Position numbers and translations under genes: made by a program
The notes under the pieces: model-generated
Database searches by the model: none
Seen by the model: only the letters and a program-made list of their open reading frames with translations
Told to the model about the DNA's origin: nothing
Shown here: piece after piece, positions 52,464-64,000 of the stretch
Numbering within the stretch: the stretch's first letter is position 1
How the letters are laid out: each line of letters starts with the position of its first letter
From: Euprymna scolopes
Taxonomy: Eukaryota
Length of the DNA stretch: 64,000 nucleotides
Reading direction: 5' to 3' (one strand)
NCBI GenBank assembly: GCA_053919585.1
Contig: CM132785.1

Positions 52464-53754
52464 GTCTCTGTCTCTAATATCTACTGTCCTTCTCATTTTT
52501 TCTCTTCTTTCTCTAGAAACTGGTTTAAATGGGTGCGTAACATATTTCTTTTAAACTCCATTATCTCTCTTCTTATCTCTCCATAATATCTTTATACGCT
52601 CTTTCTCTTTCTCTCTCTTTAACTGCACAACTCTTTTTAACTTCCATTCTGCCTGCTCTATCTCTCCCCTCTCCCCCCCTCTCTCTCTCTTGCTTTCTCC
52701 GTCTTTCTCCTCCCCTCCCCCTCTCTCTTTGAAACTGGGTTAATATAATAAAGAGATGAACAACAGAAAGAACAGAAAAATTTCCGAACCTTTGATGTAA
52801 TTTCAGTGTTATTCTTAAAATAACTAAAAAAGAATTTTAAAGCTGATCCCATGTATGAATTAGGTTTATGATGAACAAAAAGTAAATGAATATTACAGTA
52901 TTTTCAATTGTTTTGTTTTACCAGCTGACTTCGCCGGATTAAGTAATTTTTACAGTAAATTGTAGAAAAGTACAATATTATATTAATAATAACGTGATTC
53001 AACAATAACCAGCAAAATGGTCTTGACAGAAGTAAGTCCTGATTTTCCAGCTTAAATGCTTTTCGAATCTTACTTTAAATACTCGAAGAGATAATTTTAT
53101 ATGTTAGTAAATAATACATTATGTTTTCTTTAGAAAAATTAGAAAGCACCTATGAACATATAAAATGAGACCGATTAATTTATTTTATTAATATATTATT
53201 TGTATTCATTTTTATTCATATTTATTTTAGAGTATCTTAAAAAAAGTATTCATATTTTCTTTTAGGTATATGGCGAATTATGATAGATTATACTGGAACG
53301 TGTGTAAGAGATTATCCCTGTAATCTCAGCAAGAGAAAATCGGCTGGAAGCCAATCTAATCCGTATTACTAGAAATCATATCCCTTTCCTTGCTTAGCTA
53401 AATAACATAATTTAAAATATAGTAGTACAAATCAACTTCTACATCACGTGAGAGATTATAAATCTTTTTAGCCAAAATTTGTTAACTAATCGCATATTTA
53501 TTGCTAGAAGATATGATGGATGACCAGATAATACTTGCCCCCTTACTTAACAGAGAAGTTATCAACTGAGAGAATGAGACCACGCCAACACATTGAATAT
53601 TAGCCCAATATATTCCAGTCTGTAATCAAGTAGGCAATGCCTAGTAAAATGGTATCGTGACAATAAAATTGTTACTACATGACAGTGCCAGTAAAATTGA
53701 ACGATATTTTACTTTAACTTTCCTATAGTTTAAACAATACAAATTATAATATTA

Positions 53755-54050
53755 TTTTTTTTTACTGCTTTTTCACCTAAAAAATTCACGGTGCCACTTA
53801 GATAGATGTAACTACCGTTTAATACATTTTTACGGGGCTACTATGTAGAAAGTTGAACGGTAAGATGTCTATTAACATTACACTTGGACTTCTGCATGCC
53901 ACTTATTGTCAGGGAAGCAGGGACCAGGGAGAAAATTTCTAACTGTAGTAGTTTGAGGAAAGAAACTATTAAGCAGAATGATTTTCAGCATCCAGAGATC
54001 TCTAGAAGTGTTTTTGTACTTGTCAGGTAAGTCCAGGGTATTTATGTCGG
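53755..54050 (-). mobile_element. Old, degraded 3' end of the same CR1-clade LINE family
   Basis: T-run and TTTTCACC, then TGCCACTT, GGGGCTACTAT, ACACTTG.ACTTCTGCATG, GGGAAGCAG.GACC and AGAAACTA, in the same order as 44400-44710. Confidence 0.65.
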
Positions 54051-56054
54051 GTACGTATAAGGTTAGAGTGTGGTTAACAGTGCAGGGATCTAGTAGGTTG
54101 GCAACTCTTTATTGAACGCTGTCTATGAATGAGAGCCTATTAGCAGATACGACAGCCTTAATGCAACAACACTATTCAATGTATGGGCGAATGTGTGGTC
54201 TTGTCGAGGTACAAAATACTCTCAACTTATGTGTCAGCTTTTGGCAAAGAGATAACAAATCTCTAATACGTATGCAATTAATTGTAAAAATAGCATTCAT
54301 ACATTTTTTGTATAAAAGTTGTACCAAATCCGTATTGAGATTTTATGATAATAATAATTTTGATGCAAAAGTATATCAAGTCATGTAACTTCGGCCTTTT
54401 TTTTTCGTTATCACCAGCTTACATTTGCATTGTTTGCAAATTCTATCTTATCAGCAGCAAAATGATGCAATGAATAAATAAAATTTATTAATTACGGAAA
54501 CTGCTTATGATAAGTATATACTGATTTGAAAAACAACTTGTAGTTTATTGGGGAGCAGTCCAGTGGTAATGTTTCCCGAATGGGAAGTTTTAGGATAAGT
54601 AACTTAACTTTCTGTCTATAAATCCCGTTGGTGTAAGGCACACAAAGAAAGAGTGAAATATGTTTTTCAGCTGTCGTAGAAATATGATTTGTTGCTATGA
54701 ATGTCTTTCTAGAAAGAACCAGAGGGCGGGACTCAATCGTTGAGGTGACGATAGAGAAGAGAAAATGGCAATGTTTATTAGTCTGTGAGTAATCGGCCTA
54801 TTGAGAACACAGGGAATTATTCATCATTAGATCGCGAATTCAATTTTATTCACTGGTAAAGCAAGAATGAGTGCTCTCAACAAAACCCTCATCAGCAGTG
54901 GCAGCAGTACGCGGTCGTGGAACGTATCTGGCTAATATAGACAGAACATTGCATCAGAAACCGGAAACATTAACAGTCGATACAACTGCACCGTTGTCCG
55001 ACAACCAACGCGATGTGGCCTCGGTGGTAAAGCAGAGTAAGAACAGACAATTACTTGCTTTTTTTTTTGTTGTTCAACGTTTACGTCCTCGTCCTCTCTT
55101 TACCTCTGTGACGTCCCTCACATTGCCGTCTGCCCGAACGTCATCCACGCCTATAACGTGATCTTCTTAAAGTCTGTCCCCCCCATCCCGGTGACGTCAA
55201 TTCGCATGCATTTATATACGCACGTACGCGCTATGTTACACAGTGATTCAACCTACGTTTACATTCTTAAAATATTCTTTTTTTTACTTCCCTGCCGTTT
55301 TATTTATTTATTTTTCACCAGGGATTTTGCTTAAAGATCCCAGTGCAATTATGTAATTTCAAGACACATGTTCCAAAATAGTAATCATTCCTTGCGACAA
55401 AGTGTTTGAATAAGATGAAGGAATGCAAAAGTTATTTTTTGTAAAAACATCTTGAAGCAAGCAGATGTTCAACAGATGTACACAATTCATATTCAAACTA
55501 TGTGTTATTTAATACCTGTTATAACTGTCGTCATAAACTTAGTTCGTATTATAAACTGGGCAGCTATAATGAGGAGGTCATTATCTTATTCACAAAATAA
55601 CTTTCTTAAGGACACGATTCCGTTGGTTTCCTCCGTATTTTCTCTTTCGTCTAGATATACACCAGTTCAATCTTTGCAATATCGAAGAGTTTTACAGCCT
55701 TTTCGTAATTAAATACTTAAATACATTTTATGGTATTGTTTACTAAGATATCGAAAAAAATGTTTAGATTAAGAGGTATCAAAGGCTTGGTGCCAATCAG
55801 CACAATACTGGCAACGCTTATAATCTTAAATCTACTGTTTATATGTGTAGTAGCAATAGTTGACTGTTAAACCCACAATAAAACAGAATATTCAAGTGGT
55901 GTTTTATGCCAAAGTTTCCTCGGTTACTATTTAATCATATAAGTTAAACCGACAAAAACATGAAATATTTGGCATAATTGACAATCAAATTATAGCAATT
56001 ATAGCGGTGTAATTTTTAAAATTTCAGGCTAACATGCACATTCACACACACATA

Positions 56055-56117
<63 letters not shown>

Positions 56118-56118
<1 letters not shown>

Positions 56119-56652
56119 CGTGCGGCGTTCCAAAAGTAAAGTACTCTATTTTTATACCACCCAAGTGGATAAGAGAGGATTGTAAATTGCATTGTTAGGT
56201 TGACTGAACTTATTTCTGATATGAGCGTTCCATTTCTCTCCTGCAGATATTGACGGTATGAGTTTGTTTAAAAGCCAACTTCTGTCAAAAATATGAAGCG
56301 GAAGTAGAGATGTGCCATTAAATTTCGTCCATATAGAAAAAAAAAATTCTATCGATTAACATTCGCCTGTTGAACATTTATGAAATCGATGCTGTTGGTG
56401 TCCTCAGAGATGGGTTTGCTGATGTCAATCTGGCAACAGAGATCTGAGTAACATATCGTGCTCCGGATTCCTATGCGCCGCCACCACACTATCGTTGGCA
56501 AAAATGCGTCGAGAACGTTTGTGACTATGTAGAAAAACAAATTTTAAAGTACAAAGTGTCACTCGCTTTAATGTTACCACTCCTGTCTTCCTAGTTCTTC
56601 GGTGTTTTTTATTTAAAAAGTAGGATGCATTCTTTTCAGAATTGACCTCTTA
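56118..56652 (+). mobile_element. Internally deleted mariner element, copy B
   Basis: Shares TTCCAAAAGTAA, AAATTGCAT.GTTA, ACTGAACT, CGCCTGTTGAA, CGATGC.GTT and TTAATG.TACCACTCCTGTCTTC with 4437-4948. Flanked by microsatellites. Confidence 0.7.
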
Positions 56653-58049
56653 CATATATATATATATATGTGTGTGTGTGTGTTTGCGTGCGTGTTCGAA
56701 TGAAATGGAGTGATTATAGAGATGGACGGTGGCATTGGCGTGTCACGTATAAGTTCACTCCGGGTTGTCTGATCACTTTTACTAATACTCTTAAACCCAT
56801 CTTTCCGTCAACAACACATATGTGTGTTTAATAATAGGACAGACTGGATTCTTTGGTCTTGCAGTTGATTACAGTCTATCATAGCGACTTAAACTTCAAA
56901 GGACAATATGAAAATTGAAGTCATATTGGCCAAAAAATAATACAAATATGAGACCGATCTTTGAGAGGTTGCTGATGTAGACGAAATCGGGCCTCGTGAT
57001 ATTCAACATTTTTCATTATGAGTTTTCTTGGTGAGAATTTTATGGCAATAAGGAAAATTTAGGAAGTTATTCTACCCAAATGGTACATTGTCCCCTTTTT
57101 AAGCTTAGACACCGTGATATCGGCTACGGCAACAGATGATTGCCCTGTATGGGTGTGAAAAACATTCATGAAACCTAAACTTACTCAGGTTTATGGCAAA
57201 TTCATGGCCCCTAGTCATGTCGAAGTCGTGGAGAAAATGGATATTTTTTTAAGTTCACAGAGACAGTAAAAATCATATTTCCATTGAAAAAATAACAGCA
57301 TAACATTATCATGGATTCGAGTTTAATTTAATTATAACTAATATTGAAAAACTCCTTTTTATAAAATCTGCTCTTTGTTTATACATCTTATACATATGTA
57401 TATAAAAGTGAACTTGATTCGTCTCTACGAAACTACCCTGTCAATTTCTAGTCCACACATGTGAAACCTGTTATGGAGAGGATTTGAACATTTTGAACAA
57501 ATACTATGTGGTTTCGAGTCGGTGAATATAGCTGCTAGACGGTTAAAATTGAAAAGAATTGAAACTTGGCAGACGTAAGTCGAATGTATATGTTATGTCT
57601 ACGCTTGCGCAAATATACACTTATGCATATAAAAGCGTTATTGTTAAAGTTTTTATACGCGCGTGGTTTTAGATAATTACGAGTAATGCTGAAGAATTTT
57701 ATCTGATTCTAGCTGATGACACCGGTGATATAATACCTTTAATATGACATTTTAATTCATGTACACTTCATATTTATTATTATAGAGCCACTTATGCGTG
57801 TATGTGTGAGTAATGTTCAATAAAACACACTCATCTTAATACATAGATTATTATACAAAATGCCTATGATTATGTTAAATGCACTTATCTACAGTGTCTT
57901 CTCGGTCTGTTATACATGCGTTAGAAGATTTCACTATAACACTTCACCTTTTAGCGTAAAACATGTATATCAGTATATCGCATAAAAAGCTATATACAAG
58001 TGTTAACTGATTCTTTTTATACCTTTCGAATCTCTTTCTCTCTGCTGTT

Positions 58050-58092
<43 letters not shown>

Positions 58093-61000
58093 TACAAACA
58101 TAATATCCCAAACTTTGTGATTAAACGCACTCTCTTGGGACTTTACAGTAACTTTTAAAAGGTTTCTTTACTCGAGAACATCATGCAGATATCGATACTG
58201 GGGCGTTTTAAATAAATAAGGAAGTGGCTAATCCACGGAGAATTCCGTTCTTCGGGCAGTTGCACTACAAATATCGATTGTCAACTTACAAATTAATATA
58301 CATTTGGTGGACGCCTTTACACGCGCCTTTCATACGAGCAAGGAAATCGTTTGGTATAAAAACAAAATGTACCTTTGATGTGTTTTGTCGTGTCACTTAA
58401 GCCTTGATCGACCGTTTAGTTCACATGATTCAATTTATAAAACCAAAGTTAGCATTAGATATATCTTAAAAGAAAAGCAAGAAGAAAAATTCAATGTTGT
58501 TGACGTCTTTTTATTCGCCTTTTTCATGATTGCTGTTTTTTTATCGTTAATCCACACTGACGTTATTCCGTTTGAAGTAAACTCTAATGGCCATAAAACC
58601 CTAATTGTTCAGGTAGAAAAATACTTTTCAAGTCAATATCTTCGCACGAATGTATCAGTTGATTTTTTTTAACATGTACGGCCAGCTTTCCTTAGCCTGT
58701 CCTTCTCTCATATAGAGAAGTTTAACCTGTATGAAACTTCTTGTTTAAACGGCGGGGGGAGAAACATATGTGACGTTAGAACAAGGATTTATTAACTGGG
58801 TCACCATTTTCATTTGTTATAATCATTGCATATAGAACATATTACACACATATGGTTGTTTACTCCTTTTTCAGCTGGGAAATACTTCGGAGATAAAATT
58901 TAGTAGCTTGTAATATGTAATTCAAACCCCTTCTATTAAGCGTAACAGCAATACTCTTTCGTAAACATAATCGAATACTTTCTGTTATCAACATTAATAA
59001 CAAAGCATGAATAAACAAATACATTTATTAAAATATAAGATTATGTAGTACTATCACTACGCTTAAGTCAAATAAAAACCTAAAAATCATATTCGTAATA
59101 TTTGTTTTATAATATAAGTGTATGTACATGCAGTTAGATATTCGGGATCACTTCTAATGTTTTCCCCGGAAGATTCTATCTAAACACGCTATTAATTTTG
59201 ATATGAATTGTTCTTTACATTTTATTTCCATAGAAAACACAGACACGCACACACAGAGACAACCATACANNNNNNNNNNNNNNNNNNNNNNNNNNNNNNN
59301 NNNNNNNNNNNNNNNNNNNNNNNNNNNNNNNNNNNNNNNNNNNNNNNNNNNNNNNNNNNNNNNNNNNNNNNNNNNNNNNNNNNNNNNNNNNNNNNNNNNN
59401 NNNNNNNNNNNNNNNNNATCTGATTTTAAAATGCTTGCTTAGTCATTGTCGAAAATCGTAAGCATTCGTGAAATTAACCAAATTCTGTCCAACACGCACA
59501 CAAAAAATAAAATAAAATACAAAAATATAAAATAAAAGCAAGAGACCAAAATATATATTAAAAAAAAATCAAGCTTGGGAAAAATGTCTCCACCCATTTT
59601 AGAGGTGTCAGGTTTTTTGTATTATTGACATAAACAAAACGCCATCTGGTAAGTTAGTTATCCTTTAATAAATGCAGATGCGCTGAAACTATAGCAACAT
59701 TACCTCTTACACCTCTCCCCATTTACATTACGTATACATTTCGTTGAAGTATCGGTTCAATTCCGATTGTAAGCAATATCGAACTTGGCTATCACTTAAA
59801 TGGGTTACTATAACACCAGCTCGGAAGTGCTCAGTTGATTTTACCCTGCAAGACCCTTTAACAAATAGCCTGTTCGTACTGGTTTCATCTTACTGTAGTA
59901 ATGAGAAAGTATTTTTTAATATTAAATTCAGAAGTGGTTCCTATTGCAGCTATATTCCGGTCGGGAGAGGATGATTTTTATAACGTTAATTTGATCAGTT
60001 GTTTTGCAGTGATATTTTCTCGCTTTCCTATATACAGCGCTTGTTTTTCGAATGATCACTTACGCAATACTGACCATCTTCAACGTCGGCTGAGTTGATA
60101 GAAATAAAAACTGTGTCATTAACCAATGTTTTCATACCGAATATACGTGTAAAACAGTGAACAAACTCGGATGTTAATAGTTATAAAGTTAACTAGTCTA
60201 AAAGGTGAAAGACTTTGAAATCCACCAACCATAATTTATTTGCATTCAGCATTATTTTCTCCGGCATTGGAAGAATCCAAAATTGAAAAGAAATAAAACT
60301 CGAAGAAAGAAAAAAGCACGGGGGACAGTTAGAAATAAGAAAAATCTGTAAGGATCTTCGAAAACAAATACAATTTCTAAGAATCAAATCAAAGTCGAAA
60401 TACAGAATGGAACAGGAAGAAAAACGTAAAGGAATGCAAATAAAACGCTGAGAAAATCGAAGGTGGTCCCCAAAGTAAGCATAAAAGAATAAAAAAAAGA
60501 AAATTCCGTTTTCGCAAAGCGAATTTAGGTGATTTTCAGCAAAGGCTCTTCTGACAGCGAACCTTGTAAATTTGGCATGAAATCTGATCTTGGACAACTC
60601 AAAGGACATGGAGACGACGAAAGGAATAAACGAAAGTTCTCGACGAAAGGTCAAAGCGATTCAGTTGTTGCCTTATTACAAGAATAATAAAAAAAAAGAA
60701 AAACGAAGGATTGGATGGTGGGGTGTCGGAGGGAGAGATTATTAAGGAGGTGCACCATGCGTATGTGTATGTAGTACATGGTTATAATAGCCGGTCTACT
60801 GAAGATAAAGGGAGCGAGAAGATCACTGTGGGGGATGAGTGGCTTTTAAAGAGTAAGATGAAGAACCGGCGGTCGGCGTGGGTGCTGGAGTAGCTGATGA
60901 CTTGACGACGTTTGAACTAGAGAAGCAGAAAAGAAAATAACAAAATAAAAGAAAAACAAAAAATGTGTAAAGGCACAAAAGGTCAAAATGAAAATTTTGT

Positions 61001-62799
61001 GGGACAATTTTAGGAGAGCTCTTCTTCGGTCATGAAGGTTTTAGTAAGAAAAAGGTTGGTTATTATTACACCCGGGTGGTGGGAAACAGGAGTTAGATCT
61101 TTTAATAGGGCATACTTCTAGTCGGGGATGTAAAAATGATAATCACCTCCAAGAGGAGACTAATGTTTTTTTTGTTGTTTGTTTGTTTTTGTCTGAATTC
61201 ATATTTCTTGTTGAGTTATAGAATTTGACGATGTATGAATTATACGGTATTGGAGATAGCATCTTGGCTAATGAAATCGGTTTGTTTAGTTCAAATAATA
61301 ATAGATCTATTATGGCCAGTTGCGCTTTACTACTCTTGGGAAATGTATCACTATCCCTATATATAGCAGTAAAATAGCCACGTGTTTCATAGAACCGTTT
61401 GCAATAAGAGTTTACCTTTTCCTCGCCCTGTTTACATTACATAGACATTTTGTTGAAATAACGACTCTTTATCGTTGGTAAAGAGTATCAAATGCGGTCA
61501 GTACTTAACTAGGTGACTCTTTAATAACAACTGAAGAATTAATCCCACGTAAAACAGACGCAGTAAACGGCAACACATGGAAAAGCAATTCTTAAGACCA
61601 AATTTAAATGTTAGTTATTAAAAAAAACGGTTAAGAGTATGGAAAAAAATCAAATTAAATTCATTCGCTTGTAAAGGCGGGTAACCCAGCTAACAAATAG
61701 ACGGGTACCCTCAAACGTTTTATTCTCTTATATCGCTCTCAATATGTGGGTATTACTCCTTAGCTATCCTCCCTTAAAATGGAGACAACACTAATAGGGT
61801 TTCCTGGACATTATATGGGTTTTAGTTTGTTTGTTATAACAGTAGTATTTTAATTTTAGATACTTAAATTTCAACTTTTATGTGATACGTGTGTGTGAGT
61901 TTCTCTAAGCAAGTGGTCGCCATAAGAAAAAGAAAACAATACTGATAAAATGACTGTTGCGTTTACATATATACATAAATTAATTTTTCACATAAATGTT
62001 TGTCAAATGCAAACATGAAGGGAGATCTGACAACACATGAAAACAGGGCTGAAAATTTCAGGCAAAATTACTAAGCACAACTCCCGGTAAAAGTCACTTA
62101 ACACAATCAAAATAAACATGGTTATCAGGGTAAACATCTTAGAAGTATGGACTATAGAAACAAACGGGAGTAATGTTTTAATTGTCTGTGAACAATTCTC
62201 GATACCTTATTTTTATCTAAGAGAAAAAATGTCTAAATATTGAGATCGATAAAAGGATCATCGTTAAATATCAATGCACGATATTGGAAATGAATATTTA
62301 GTTGCACAATTTTCAGTCGTGAAAAGCATATGAAAACACATCCACAGCTGAAGTAGAACATCTCTACTAAGTTCAAAATAAACATTATGGAAACAGATCA
62401 AGCCTTGACTTTAAAATCTCATACTACACATGTTCGTATTTTGTACTTTAAATGATTTGAAAATGTTAATAAGGACACAACTTTCATCATACTTTGCCAA
62501 TGATTGTTTTACAATTATCAATTATAGCTCCGCCTAGATTAAATAGCTTAACACTGAGATTGATACTAATTGAATTAGGTTAATTTAATGTTATGGTATA
62601 TTAATCGACGTTAAGCCTAACTACTACGAAAATACGTGAGCATATAAGAATACCAGATGTGGCGTGTGTACTTTGCTTATCTCGGCGTGTTTTCAGTTCT
62701 CTTCGACTTTATTTCCATTGGAACTCATTACTAACTTGGGAGAGGAATATATCGGAATTGCGTAATCTTGTTTCTAGTATTACACGAGCATGTACACTA

Positions 62800-63400
62800 T
62801 ATGAAGTATTCATTATCTTTTTACAATGAGCGGTGGTATATCGAAGTGAAACATGGCCAGTCATAGTTGACGGTATGCGTTGCATGAAGTGAAATAATAT
62901 GCGAATGATACGATGGATATGCAATTCAAGTTTTAAATACAGGTTTTGTTCTGATGATCAAAGAGGGAGATAAAATCGTGCCGATATAGTTTGATGCGTG
63001 CAAAAGAGAAGACTTTGGTGGCATGGCCAAATCAAGAGAACTGGGGACGATGTTGTGATAGGATACAAATTCGTAGCTCTTCTTGTTTTGTGGGGTTTGC
63101 GTTCGCGTCAGACATGGATGGAATAAAAACATTTTAAAAATCACCTACATAGGGGTTGGAAATAGACCCTCAGAAGCATGTGTATTCGGAAGCTACATTT
63201 ATAAGTGTACTTGAATAAGTATATTTCAGAAGAAAAGCTGTACGAAAACAGTTTGGTTGAGGATAACGTAAATGCCAAGAATGCATAGACTGAATCGGCA
63301 GCAACAACTGTTCTTCGGGACAAGATCAAAGTGTAGTATCTGCTCTTCAGATACTCCACTTCAATTACTTGTTCTCTGTCAGTGGAGGAGAAATCCTCCA
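62800..63400 (-). pseudogene. Possible highly degraded mariner transposase C-terminal half
   Basis: Fragments in shifting frames, in the expected order: ILHFDLVPKN (cf. GIIHYELLP.N), YEFVSYH..PSSLDLA (cf. HPPYSPDLAP) and terminal ..NEYF. Confidence 0.35.
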
Positions 63401-64000
63401 CGACTGAGACAATTTTGTATTTTTGTTCCTTTTCTCCACGTTAAAAACCGACCCTGTGTCTAACTCTGTCCCGTGGGGAGGCATTGTAAATAGGAACTGT
63501 TGAATGTCTGTGGGTTCTGCCAGTTAGTATTAACCAAGTGAATAAGTACAGAATTCTTTCGGAGAAAAATAAAAAAAAAATATGAGGATGAAAATGACCA
63601 GAATGAAGTGAAATAACGTTTTGGGTAGCTTATATAGAGTAGGTGAAAGGATCTAAAAAATGTGACCTCCCACCTCAAAACACTTAAAAAAAAACACATA
63701 AAAACAGGATGTGCTTTCTACGAAATGATCGGTGTAGCGGGGAAAGAGATTCACTCATCTTTAAATCTCTCTGACCTTCAGACATGTCTGTTCATCGCTG
63801 CAAATTTGGGACAACGTAGTAAAGACTAGATTACGTGAAAGTGATGGGGTCGGGTCGTCTCCTTCTAAGCGACCAAAGGGGGGGGGGCATGGTTTTAAGA
63901 AAAAAAAAGGTCAAGTAAAAGAAGTAAAGCAGGGGAAATTCTAGCAAATAGAAATTATAAATATGAAAATAAGTGTTTCTTGTTCTGTCGGCATATTTTT

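Noticed and set aside
41486-54050. All three CR1 fragments lie on the minus strand, suggesting antisense bias within an intron
   Set aside because: Three copies are too few; shared orientation happens by chance one time in four.

Overview
Eukaryotic, AT-rich, non-coding, repeat-dominated DNA from a draft scaffold with five N-gaps (977-1193, 15378-16150, 36439-36566, 41325-41485, 59270-59417). The dense (TA)n/(GA)n/(CA)n microsatellites and the repeat content suggest a large invertebrate genome, plausibly a cephalopod mollusc; this is an inference. I found no intact host protein-coding gene, and almost all ORF-track entries are microsatellite, low-complexity or gap artefacts. Supported content: (1) a 5'-truncated, frameshifted CR1-clade LINE RT with two older 3' fragments; (2) a Penelope-like RT C-terminus lacking a downstream endonuclease (Naiad-type), inserted in (TA)n, with a second copy of its 3' end; (3) a DD37D (maT) transposase relic, two copies of a deleted mariner and a Tc1/pogo-type MITE; (4) several non-autonomous Helitrons, including a head-to-tail pair and a family carrying two 3' termini; (5) three 5S rRNA-derived copies, two of which share a ~180-bp non-5S tail (a SINE3-like family); (6) several hammerhead-ribozyme motifs, one in a long fold-back around a tRNA-like core and one in a ~267-bp tandem retrozyme-like unit; (7) CpG-retaining unique islands with NRF1, CRE and YY1 motifs that may be cis-regulatory elements. 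All alignments, translations and folds were done by eye.
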